Below, in pieces: positions 1-23,114 of a DNA stretch of 38,128 nucleotides. Within the stretch, counting starts at the first letter, position 1; every line of letters begins with the position of its first letter. Under the pieces are notes generated by a model. That model saw nothing but the letters and a program-made list of their open reading frames with translations, made no database searches and was not told where the DNA came from. A program made the position numbers and the translations under genes. The DNA is from Catajapyx aquilonaris (lineage: Eukaryota): the NCBI GenBank assembly GCA_000934665.2, contig JYFJ02003764.1:1-38128 (forward strand). The letters are read 5' to 3'.

Positions 1-312
1 AGCCCCAATCCTGTAGCAGTGGGAACTGTGAGATTTTGAACCTAGATCCGCACCATCCCACTCCACCTGCGGCCCTTTGACGAAGAAACCAAATTCCAAA
101 TAGTTATTGAGAAAAAAAATTGAGACGTATTTTTTGGTGGTTAAAATTTTTTTGCGGCGTTTTGAAGAGGAATTAAGTAAAAGTGTAAATGGTAGGAAAT
201 CAAGTCACGACGGTGGGGATCTGTGTTCAAAATTTGGAAGCTCTAACTGCAGCAGAACTTGAGTTAGGGCGAATAAAAAAAACGTAACAAGAAGAAGAAC
301 AAGAAGAACAAG

Positions 313-344
<32 letters not shown>

Positions 345-412
345 GGAAAAATTCATTGTTGAAACATTGTTGAAATCTATGCTACGGTCTTACTTAAGGG
401 CTATCGCCCTTA
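1..412 (+). mobile_element. 3' part of a non-autonomous Helitron/Helentron (HINE/DINE-1-like) element, apparently inserted in a pogo-like MITE
   Basis: (AAG)n microsatellite at about 289-341 and a terminal stem-loop TTAAGGGC-tatc-GCCCTTAA (393-412), a layout typical of HINE-like elements. Sequence after about 415 is homologous to the interior of the MITE at 14306-14623. Confidence 0.45.
289..341. repeat. (AAG/AAC)n microsatellite
   Basis: aagaagaagaacaagaagaacaagaagaagaag... seen directly. Confidence 0.95.
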
Positions 413-414
413 AA

Positions 415-568
415 ATAAAACCATAGGCCTAATATTGTACATTATTTAATTTTTTTGCTTTTTTGTTGTGTTTACGTACAGTTTTATTTCCTCCTCAGAT
501 TATCCGACCTTTTTGGTTATCTGACGGTGCCCCAGTCCCGCAGGTGACGGATAATCGGGGTTCTACTG
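415..568. mobile_element. Right half of a pogo/Tigger-like MITE
   Basis: Ends ...GGATAATCGGGGTTCTACTG followed by TA. Colinear with 14485-14623 of the complete copy. Confidence 0.75.
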
Positions 569-601
569 TATTACCAATATTAGGCTGTTATTAGCTACCT
601 A

Positions 602-978
602 CCAGTGTTCGTGAAGTATAAAACCAGTGAGACCTGCGACCAGCGAGCTATTGAGCAAAGGACTGCAGGAGTTTGCCTATAGATCCTTTGTAATGGAGTA
701 GGGGGTTCCCCTTTCAAAGCAGGCTGACGATGGGATTGGTCACACTCTATGCACTGCGCAACAGAACTTGCATATTCTCACAGCCTTGTACACTCGCCAA
801 TTTTTCACCGTAACATTATAGTACTGTACCCGAGGCATTCCAAAAATTTGACAAGGATCAAAACTATAGAAATCTACCTCAGGTATTGCGGGTTATACCA
901 GCATGCTGCTTTATGTGAGGTAATACACTAATACAGTACAACTATAGCAGTAGATATGGTCGGTTCACGAACACCCTG
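602..978. mobile_element. Degraded Tc1/mariner-type MITE
   Basis: Left end ta-CCAGTGTTCGTGAA, right end TTCACGAACACCCTG-ta. Same TIR type as 14927-15367. Confidence 0.6.
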
Positions 979-2364
979 TAGTGATCATCACCTTTGGATC
1001 AGTCGTCTACACCATCCTTTACCAACATCTCCAGTACCCATTCCATATTCTTGATATCTGCTATCACCTGACCTCTGGGTGGTTGTTGGGCACAATGGTG
1101 GGTATGCTGCTGAAATTATTGGTAATTTTCTTGGTCCAATGTAAACCTTTCGCTGAAAGGTAAACAAGACTTGTCCAGCACATTTGTTCCCAGACTTATT
1201 CTTAATGTCGCCGTACTGTTGACTAGTCCTTTTTTTTAATCCTTACACCGCACTTAATAATTTAGCTCCTTCCATATCAGTTAAAATGTGTGTGAAGCTG
1301 GTAGTCCTGTGCCCAGCAATTACGACTCCTTGTGCAACTACCCTAGTGCTCCCTTCCCTCTCAATCCATCGACCAAGGCATATGGATCGTTTCTGCCCAC
1401 ATATGCCAGCTAAATCATCAAAGAACTCTTTAAGTACTTCAAATATAATAGTTACAACACAAACTTTCAGCGATATTTATAATTGTGCAACATTGGTTGC
1501 AGTTATATTCTTTCAAATCAGGTATTGCAGTGGATAGCATTAGCACTCAAGTTAAAGTCCTTAAAGAATGTGTTTACAACTGGTTGTATGAATGCAAATT
1601 TAGATGATAATGTAGTAGTACTCTTAATAAGTTTAGTTCAGCTTGTGCAGTTCAAACTTTTATTAATTCACACCAGAAAGTTAATCACTTCTATTTATGC
1701 CCATCTTACCTGGTATCATACCAACAATGAACATGTATGGTAGTGTACTGGACAGCACCATCCACCCTCATGGTTTCCCAATTATTGCAAGGACACAGGA
1801 AGCACAATACTCCCAAACCCAGAGCCTGACCAGATGCACCCCCAACTTCTCCCTACCCCTGAAAAATGACCTAGGTTTGCAAGTGAAAGAACATGTCTCA
1901 GATGATAATTTATTTCAAGTTACTGACCGCTGCGAAAAAATTCCGATTAGCCTTTCAATAAACTTTCAGATCTCAAAAAGAATTGGCAGGTTTATTGGCC
2001 ACTTTCCCATGTTTTTTAAAACATAAAACTACTACCCATTCTGAAAAAAGTTCATTTCTACCCCACCCTCTGCTCCCCCCACCCACCCACCCACACTTCG
2101 GGATCAAAACTGCAATTCAAACCCTGGCAATAACAATCATGAAGATTCTCTCCTACTCCCATACATTATGATCCCATGTTCTTCTCTGCCTTGGCTTAAT
2201 GCCCCTTGACACCCCTCAGCAACTTCCCACATCGCCTTCCCTTCGATGTTCTACGTCGTCCTGCATCCGTTCCACAAGGCGCTATGTCCTGGATTGTGAT
2301 ATCCTCGGTGCTCCTTGCCATATCAGGTCTAGATGACTTCATTACCTGTTCACACAAGCATCAT

Positions 2365-2735
2365 GTCCCACGCCGTCTTCATGCCCCAGTCATCTGCGTT
2401 GTCCCGCGTCGTCGTGCAGTCCCACGCTGGTCTTCTGCCTCTAACATCTGTCCCACGCAGTCATCCGCGTTGTCCCGCGTCGTCGTGAAGTCCCACGTTG
2501 TCGTGGAGTCCCACGCTGGTCTTCTGCCTCTAACATCTGTCCCACGCCGTCATCCGCGTTGTCCCGCGTCGTCGTGAAGTCCCACGTCGTCGTGGAGTCC
2601 CACGCTGGTCTTCTGCCTCTAACATCTGTCCCACGCAGTCATCCGCGTTGTCCCACGATGTCTTCCCTCCTGTCCCACGATGTCTTCTGCCTCTAACTGG
2701 GTGTCCCGCGTTGTCTTCATGATGTCCCACGACGT
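2365..2735. repeat. Higher-order tandem repeat: 89-bp unit (about 3 copies) built from GTCCC(A/G)CG-core subrepeats
   Basis: GTCCCACGCTGGTCTTCTGCCTCTAACATCT starts at 2419, 2508 and 2597 (period 89). About 16 GTCCCRCG cores lie between 2365 and 2731. Confidence 0.9.
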
Positions 2736-5700
2736 CTTCAACCTCTATCTTAGGTCCCTCGCCGTCATCGAAGCCGTTGTCTTCTTTTCTTCTTTCTTCG
2801 GCTCTTCTTTGCTAGCTAGCTGAGGATAAAATCCCATCTGTGCTCATATCGTCCAGGCTCCTAAGCCGGTGACCCATCCCTCAAAGTGAACCTCCCGCGC
2901 CTCATTTTCTTTTCTCTCTAAGCGTTGACTGCTCTAATGACTGATGACGCGATGACTACGACGCGACGACTACGACGACTCCTTCCCCCAGGGATGTGTA
3001 GTGTTGGATGGTGCAGGAACCAAATTTTGAAGACAGGAACTGGTGACTGGTATGATGACAGGACAAGCAGCAAATGCAGGTGAGGTTTTTAGGTGTATAG
3101 GACAGTGCAATTTTTAGGTGATGATTGAGTTTCAAGGCATGAGGGATGAGTTTAGGTGATGTGGATGAAGTTGGACAATTTTGGTGGGCCCTTGGTGACC
3201 ATGTTGAAGTGTGTACGCCAGACAGGATTATTGCCACGGAATGATTGGTGGTGCCGCTGAACTGGAAACCGGTGAGTGGAACGTCGCGATGCCCTCAGGC
3301 AGTGGGTGGTGGTAGTGGTACTGGATAGTAGTCGACTTCCAGATGCTTCCCCCTTCGTGCGATTTTCCGCTTTACTGGGATGACCTGCTGGTCCTTGTGC
3401 TGACCAGGATACAGCCGCGAAGCAGAACCCCCAAGTAGAACCTTCTACCGCAATTAGGACTGGGTGGGCTGGGTTGCGCCCCTTGCAGTAGTAGTACGCT
3501 AGTAGATGAGCATCCCGAAGCTCTGGATGTAGGTGGCTTGAACCTCGGACCGGGCACCTGGACACTGGCCAGTAGATAAACCCTCAACAGCCAGCCGCCA
3601 GGTGGCAAAACCCCTCACGCATTGGACGCCATTTCCTGCCTGGTAATATTTTCCCCCTCTCCACAGATTGGGCGCTGCAATAAACTTTTGAAAAAATGGG
3701 GAAAGAGGATATCCGGATGTGGGTAAGTTCCTGCCGATGCAGCGCCCACTTCTCCCTCTCCGCTGCTCCTACAACTTGCAACTGGTATCTGGACAAGACA
3801 GGGGGGCTGACTTTCCATTGGTAATTCGCTCTCCAGTCACCAAACTGCAAAAGCCAGATCCTTTCCTTCCCCTTCCCGATATTTTTTTCATCATTACCTC
3901 CCAGTTAAATGCGGCACCACCTAAGTTGATTGCTCTCTCCGGATGGGGTCACGCAAGGGGGGTTGTGGAGTCGTATTGTCGAATCTGTGTATCCTCACTG
4001 AAAAGCTCCAAACGGTTTTTCGGATCCCCCTCCAAACCTGCCCAAGTTACTTACTGACCAAATTCCAGCCTGGATTTACTTTTGACTTGGTACTGATGAT
4101 AAAATTTATGCCCAGTAACAATTTGCTTGCCTGAAGGTGGGACATTTTCTGTCTTGCTCTTGGACCAAAGTAACCCAACGGAACACTCATTTGCCTGGAA
4201 GTCAATTAATGAAAGGACAACATATGCACACCCGATCCATGCAATAAAGAAGTTAACACGGCAACATGGCTTTTGTACTCCCTGGGTGACAAACCGTAGC
4301 TTCTACTCTGAAGGGAGGGCATTGCCCTCAACATCTACAAGCATTTTGCACGTTAATGATAAGCAGCATTTCATTTACCTGCAGACAAAGACAATTACAT
4401 GGCTAATGAGTTCCTCCCTACATGAAAAAAGCCAATTAAAAAACGTTGCTTCAGTACTCCCTGCAGGAAAAGCAGTCTCCTGGCTTTGCATCAGATCAGT
4501 TGTCTCTCACTATGCATTAGGCTTGCAACGTTAGAAACCTGGAGAATCCAAGCATTAATTTATTACATTCCCCCCGCCCACCCCTTCAATTAAATTTTTC
4601 CCATCCCAATATTCACAAGCTCTAGCTACTGTGGAAGTGTTTCATTCTGTTGACATCCCCTATAGGGGCAGACTTAGCTGATTTCGAAACCATGGCAGCA
4701 ATCCACACGACAGATCGGCAAGGCAAGGCGGAAGGCCGTATATTTGCAAGTAGGCAGCAAAAAGGAAATGTGAAGTCATGCACCTCTTGTCCAACAGCCA
4801 CACCTTCCTCCACACGCATTTCTGGTCAGATGTTTTCACCTGCATGTAGAAACACAAACCCACAAGCCAAAGTCGCGAAAACAAGCATGCCGAAATCCAT
4901 ATTGATAATGTTAATCTGACAAATTCAGTACTCCCTGGTCGTTTATCCTGCTCGGCAGATGACTGATTAATCCCCACAAGACCCCAACTCTTTCTCCTGA
5001 TGCCACTCAGCCGCCTGGCATGACATTAATGTCCTGTTACCTCCAATTCAGAGATTATCACCTGTGTTAACAGCGTAAAACCCCCATTTTGTTGAATGTC
5101 CAACTCCTCTGCCTTCCACCTGTCAAAATAGAGGATCTGACCACATTTAGTTCAGCCCCGCCCCATCCCCTCCCACCCCATCAGATATTTTCACATCTCT
5201 ACAGTGCAACATACAGTGTGGCAGTTCCACTTTCCAAATTCACTCCCAGATTCTGGGTCAAACATCGCAGATAACGCACAATAAATTCTGCTTTCTCCAC
5301 TTTTCACCTGTCAAGATAGAGGAATCTGAACCAATTTAGTTCCCCCCGACCCACAGCCATGTCCCCAATAATTGTCAATGCCCAAGCGTATAAGTAATCT
5401 CTTCAAACCAAGTAGTAGTGTGTTGTCCATTCGCCACCTTTGATTCAGCAAAAAATTGTTACTCTCCTGCTGCATCCAACACAAGTTGCCGACATGGGTA
5501 ATTTCTTGCAGCTTCTCTCCAATAATCTCTTTAGTTGGGATCAAGTGCCTATTTTCCGTGCTGACTGACTTGGAATCACACCCTTCCACCTGCAGGGATA
5601 AAGAACTCCCCTTGTTTCAGTCACCCTCCCCCCCTCCCTCCCCCCACAAAATAACTTACATGCTAATCCAATTATTCATTGGTATTTTAACTTACTGCTT

Positions 5701-6094
5701 CATTGAGGTAAACAATGTTTATTCCTCTTAACCTGAGAGTTTACTATTATACAAAAAATGAGATTCAATGTGAATCATTTCAATAAATAAACATAGGAAT
5801 AGACTTCCTTTCATTACAATCTCTCTCCTTTGAGAACACCTCGTTTTGTAAGCGTGTAAATTACAAAAAAAATTTATGAGCCTACGAACCTACACCCGCC
5901 CATGGCACGACAGCGCAAGCTGGGAGGTACCCTTGGGCTGAGAGAGGCCGCAGTAACAGAAGCTTGGGGGAAGTCCGCTCTCCACCTCATACTGAAGCGA
6001 CTGGAAAAAAACGAGGTACATCACAGCCTCTTCGAACACAAACGGTTGCAGTCTTTTCTCTTTTCTTTGGCGTAGTGCATTTAACCCATCAACT

Positions 6095-6445
6095 TCATGC
6101 GGAAGCCCTCTGCGTAGACATCGAACCCAGGAAGGACTCCACGCTTGCCACATCCACATCGGACGAGTCCAGATTCCTCTTCTTGGTCGGCGGGCAGGTA
6201 CATGGGATCGGCTCACGGCACTGCCAGCACCACTCCACTTCCTTCATAGGCATCGTGGCCTGCAGGTCCCGCCACTTCCTCAAGCGCTCCTTCTGACGTT
6301 CCTTAAGTTCATTCGTGGCGGAGTCCAGGGCATGCTGCAGAATTGCTTCCACCCTCAGATCTCTAGGCTTACGACGCTCTAAATGAATCTTCTTGGTGCT
6401 CACCTTTCCAATCCACCTCACGAGTTCCTCAGTCTTAGGAGCCAT
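6095..6445 (-). CDS. 116-aa protein with a SERTA/IER-like N-terminal helical motif, a Cys cluster and a basic NLS-like patch
   Basis: Intact ORF with good start context (CCAAGATGG), 9 nt after a CAG acceptor and downstream of a TATA box and leader exon. IGKVSTKKI...DLRVEAILQHAL fits the SERTA pattern (hxxhSxxKh...LRxxhhhxxxL) by eye. Also WCWQCREPIPCTC and PTKKR. Confidence 0.6.
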   Translation of the reverse strand: MAPKTEELVRWIGKVSTKKIHLERRKPRDLRVEAILQHALDSATNELKERQKERLRKWRDLQATMPMKEVEWCWQCREPIPCTCPPTKKRNLDSSDVDVASVESFLGSMSTQRASA

Positions 6446-6453
6446 CTTGGATG

Positions 6454-6730
6454 CTGAGGGTACGTGTCACCCCACCTTCACTCTTAGTCCGTGTCTACCT
6501 CCCTGGGGTCCCCAACCCACACTTGGACCTAGCGATATGTACCTGCGTTGGCTTTGGGTCCAGTCCGGCGTTGGTTTGGGTCGCTTGGGATGGGTGCACC
6601 GCAGTCGCCCCAGGATCTTAACGGAGCGACGGATTTCCCCTCTCTGTTCATCGTTACGTGGGGGGAGGGCGCTTTTATACGTCCTTACTCTCCGGAAAAT
6701 GGTGGTCTTCCGCCCCTCGACCTGGAAGTA
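6454..6730 (-). promoter_or_regulatory. TATA promoter, leader exon (about 6650-6543) and 89-nt intron (6542-6454) of the 116-aa ORF
   Basis: Minus strand: TATAAAAG at 6679-6672, ETS-like GGAA/TTCCGG motifs upstream, donor CAG|GTACAT at 6543/6542, G-rich intron with CTAA branch-like site, acceptor CCCTCAG| at 6454. Confidence 0.55.
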
Positions 6731-8439
6731 GTTCGCACATATTTCAAACCACGTTGCTTTATCTACCTCCTTCAAATACAATTAGTCACATATAATTACA
6801 CACCATGATATTTCTCATTTTTGGGCCAGAGTTTTATGAGAGATTAAGGCTGTTTATATGATTTCTAGAAAGTACCAACTTGGAGAGCGCGGAGGAGCAA
6901 AGCCGCTTCACAACCGCTGAGGGGGCAGCTGCCGCATCCCCGCCACCCACCCACCCGCCCGCCCCCTGCCCCCCTGCCCCCCTGCCCCCTTGCCGCCCTT
7001 GCGCCATTCTATTGAATCACGAAGGAACCGCCATGATACGCAGGCCGTCGCCCTTCGCTAATGTGGTCATTGCCGGACACTTTGATATTTCCAGCGTTCT
7101 AAAAAACTATGGCCCTTATTTGGAACTTGGGGCTGGCACTTGAACTTGAAATCGGGTAGACCGGAAATCCCCAGGTTATGCACGTGGTAGCTGTCAGTGC
7201 ATGGATCAATCAATAAACAAGGAAGTATACGCCGAATCGTCATTCAAAGACTCCATATGGAGACGCAACAATAGGAGTAAACAGTGTCCTATTAGTAACA
7301 CTGCGCCTTATTTTGTTGTGTGGGGGGCATGGAAATTTGAAAGAAAGAAAAAAAATGGAAGGTTCCAGAAGTGCATACCAGCCAGATGATATACGGTATC
7401 ATTGTTTGCCACGGTACACATGATACAGGTTATAGCGGCGGGATGGCAGGGAAGAGATAATCAGGTGACAGTTTGCAGTCATTTAGTGCATTCCGGTGCG
7501 TTCTATTCCCGGAGGTGGTTATTTAGTCATCCGGAAATTCCAACGAAGACAAAGCCAGAGACGGCCTAATTCCTATGGCGAAATAATGCAAGGGGAGGAA
7601 AGCCCAGGTTGGGATGGAACTAGGACCACACTAGGACCTTCCATCCGTGGTCACATTACGATTACAATGCTACTGCCAAGAACATTTCCTACTGTTCTGC
7701 TTCCGATCATAACGTCATGAGGACACTATAGCATGTGAAAAAGGCCATGTGAGCGGCTTTATGACGTCAAGGCCCTTCCTCACTTCCTTGACACGAGTGG
7801 ACTGCACAAATATACATCCAGAAGCAACTTTCGCATATGCTCCATATCCTGCTTTTTCTGCTCCATTTACACCTCAAGAATGGGCTAGCCAGCCCCCAGC
7901 ACGTAGATATCGCTGGCCACTATTCAGTATTCATCCGATCTATGGATCACGGACGCGAGCATTTCTGAATACGGTATATATGATGAGATAATTAACATTT
8001 TGTGCCTCTACATATTTGCTTTGTTTTGCTTCATTACACCCGATTCAGTCGAGTCCAGTGAAAATTTCTGCCAAATATTGCGCCAGTAGCCTAGGAATTC
8101 GGCTGGTGGAATGTGGGACAGAATAAGGCAAAAGCGCACACTCATACCACTGATAACACAAGTCTACAAATTGCTGTAGATAATTTGTGACACATGTATA
8201 TCGTAAGTAGGGCGCAAGTTATCCCAGATGAGTCAATATCCCCCCTGATATACCATACGTAGTTCACATTGTTGCTTTGCTGTACACTACATCGAAGACA
8301 AGTGACAGAAACCGACTACAAATAGCTCGGGTATTCTAGGAAGATGAGCTCTTAGCTATTGGCATTGGGCTGATTTTGAGTGAATGACAAATAGAATTAT
8401 AGAATGGCAAATTCAGCGATAAGCGCGCCACAGGTTCAC

Positions 8440-8620
8440 TTGCGGACGGAATTCCGTCGCCTGACGTCATGCAGTGTGACGTCACGCGCGATAATTTTCG
8501 GCGAAAACTGCGTCACAGAGGTGACACCCTTCCCATGCTGCATACAGAATAGGAGGGACCAGATATACGTCCACGTGCTTTCGTTTTGAATTGGCCAACA
8601 CCAAGGAAGTGATCAAAATT
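8440..8620 (+). promoter_or_regulatory. Likely PLEKHD1 promoter (CpG-rich, two CRE sites)
   Basis: TGACGTCA at 8462-8469 and 8477-8484, E2F-like palindrome TTTTCGGCGAAAA at 8495-8507, and GGAAGTGA at about 8605; all within 350 bp upstream of the ATG. Confidence 0.45.
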
Positions 8621-8800
8621 TATAATAAAGTAGGCGACCAAGAGGAAATGGGTTGGACTACTAGGCCTAGCATGTTACTACGGGCTTTAGTACTGCTGTG
8701 GTGGCTGGGATGAGGAAAATGCAAATTAGGAGCTGGACTGTTCAATGGTGGTGTTGTGCATGAACATGCACTGATCTGGGGTACTTGCATCAGAGCTGCC

Positions 8801-20943
<12,143 letters not shown>

Positions 20944-22382
20944 GTAAAATGGCAGGCCATTTACTTTCACGAAAAATGTGCTCAAAGGAAAGGAAAAACA
21001 ACACTTCAAGATGATAGATTTCCAGTGATATTCTAGGTGCCACATTTACATTCTCAATACTGCTACATTCCAGCAATAAGGTTGTCAACTGTAGATATAT
21101 TATATGCTTGTTAGATGTTAATACAGTGTTTATAGATGGAGTTGTTTGCTAATTTTCCTCATCCCTCAAAATATTGTGGATCATGATATGATACATTTAC
21201 AATGAGGGAAGGATGGCAAATGTCCTAAGTAGTTTCCTGGAACATAATGTGATTGATATATTTTTTTAAAGGCCTGTTTCAAGTTGAACTCAAGTCTTGC
21301 ACTTGGTCAGATGTAGGTCTTAAGGTAAAGGACCATTTTAAATGAGCTATCTGCACAGTTTTATCACACACACTTTCACATAAGAACAGTGCGTGAAGGT
21401 ATCCGGCATAATATTGTGCTGATAGTACCACCACTATTCATCAAAATCTGATTTCCAGAAATTCTACTTGGACACTTGGCTTCATTCCCCTTACCATGAC
21501 ACATGCAACTCATCCTGAATATAGGAATATTGGCAATGCCAACAGAAGAGGGATAACTTATTATCTATACTCTGACTACCAAAACCTTGTGGCTGACTCC
21601 TTCCCCCAATCCCTGCCCTCCCACTCCTTGGGCTGCATCTAGATTCACTATCATTTTAGGCATTCCACTACACTTATTTACTCTGTGATGAAATTCACTC
21701 ATAAAATAGCTTCAAGTCATATGAGAAGTACAGTATGAACACTATTATGCAGTTTCAAATACGTTGTGCGCAATTCAATATGGCACGTGTTTGAATTCTA
21801 GCTAGTCAACCTAAATGTAGGGAACCCTGTCAGGTGAGATCCACCAAGTTAGGTTGGTGCTGCCAGCAAAAACTTTTCACCAGGAGACCATACCATGGTC
21901 TTATAATACTCAAGTCTGGTTACTCCCCCTCTTTTTGCATTCAGGGAGGGTGCCGGGGTGGTAATGCGGTAGGTGGCCACGATAGTGCTAATTAGGCAGG
22001 GCTGCTGCAGCATTTGTCATCACGCCAGCAGGCAAAGGTGCATTTAGTAGAAGACACAGTAGAGAGAAGTGCTTCGATGCCATCGATTGAAGTACCTATC
22101 CACGTGTATCGAAGCATGGTGTATCGAAGACTCCCAAAGCGCTAATTCTAATCTAGTATTCTCCAAGGCCGTGAGACGTCAAACTACTTCAAACCATGAA
22201 TCACATCCTATGCAAAACACTCGCATTTGACTCCGGGCCCACTAGAACTAGTAATACTGTACTTGCCAGGGATTTCCCTTTCGGCTGCGTCAGGAAGGTC
22301 TCTGACCCGCACCTTGGAGGTGTCTGGCAACCTGACCTCCTGGGGGACTGCACATGGCCCAGTGCTTGACATTAGCGCTATT

Positions 22383-22473
22383 CATGATTTTTTTTGGAAA
22401 AAGTGCTACAAATTTCAGCAAATACACACCCATTCAAATCTTCCACATTCAGCTAAGCTCGTGTGACCTTGAA
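22383..22473 (-). repeat. Fragment homologous to the interior of hAT-like element C
   Basis: Reverse complement of about 13061-13156 (CACACCCATTCAAATC..CCACATTCA.CTAAGCTCGTGTGACCTTGAA). Confidence 0.7.
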
Positions 22474-23114
22474 GCTCCGCCCCGTTACAGCTTGTTCACC
22501 TTGTGCTTATGAAATGGTCCCCCCTCCGAAATACTTTCTGCCTACATGCCTGTACAGGACATCATAAAGGCCGAAAATGTATTAATATGTCCTGTCTTGA
22601 TAGGCCCTTCTACCATTGTGCACATGCTTCTATTTTCAAAAATGAAACCTGTGGTACCATGTAAAATCCATATCTTTACCCTGGGAGGAGGGGGGGGTTC
22701 CGGACCTTCAATGGCCCAGGAAAGGTAAATACTGGACCTTGTCATAAACTAGTTGAATAGCCCTGCTCTAGGCATTCTGTATAATGACCGGACATTTTAT
22801 ACATTGACCGAAACTTGTTACCGGCATTATACACACTGCCCAAAAAATTGGGCATTCTATACAGTGCCCGGTCATTTTTACAGATGTACCGGATGCACTG
22901 TACCTCAGGTGCATGGTAATCAATAACTCTAAACAATATTTTTACTTCAGCAATGACAGTGGGAATGGTAATCAAAGATCCAAGTTATTCTATGAAAATC
23001 CCATCAGCCCACAGCCATACATGATTAGGATTTTACGTGGCACATTGCAAGTCTTCATGAGTTGAAATATTTCTTTGTAGTTTTGATTAAACCTCACAGC
23101 AACTACACATTGCT

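Larger units (their letters stand above)
981..7800 (-). mobile_element. Putative decayed virus-like element (Maverick/Polinton accessory arm?); boundaries approximate
   Basis: Minus-strand TATA box, spliced leader, intact 116-aa ORF, many G-tract plus YAG acceptors before short broken ORFs, an internal tandem repeat, and a CCGGAA/TGACGTCA-rich right flank. No pPolB, integrase, ATPase or capsid recognised, so the class is an inference. Confidence 0.35.

Noticed and set aside
2206..2730. ORFs 2206-2577 (+) and 2530-2730 (-)
   Set aside because: They are by-products of a GC-rich repeat with an 89-bp, non-triplet period.
2365..2735. CRISPR-like array
   Set aside because: The sequences between the cores are themselves repeated rather than unique spacers, there are no cas genes, and the context is eukaryotic.
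6467..6781. 104-aa minus-strand ORF
   Set aside because: Non-ATG start, and it runs across the TATA box, leader exon and intron of the 116-aa gene, with no recognisable motif.
8657..8662. ACTACT as a Maverick right terminus
   Set aside because: It is a lone hexamer with no matching left end or TSD, and it lies in the probable PLEKHD1 5' region.
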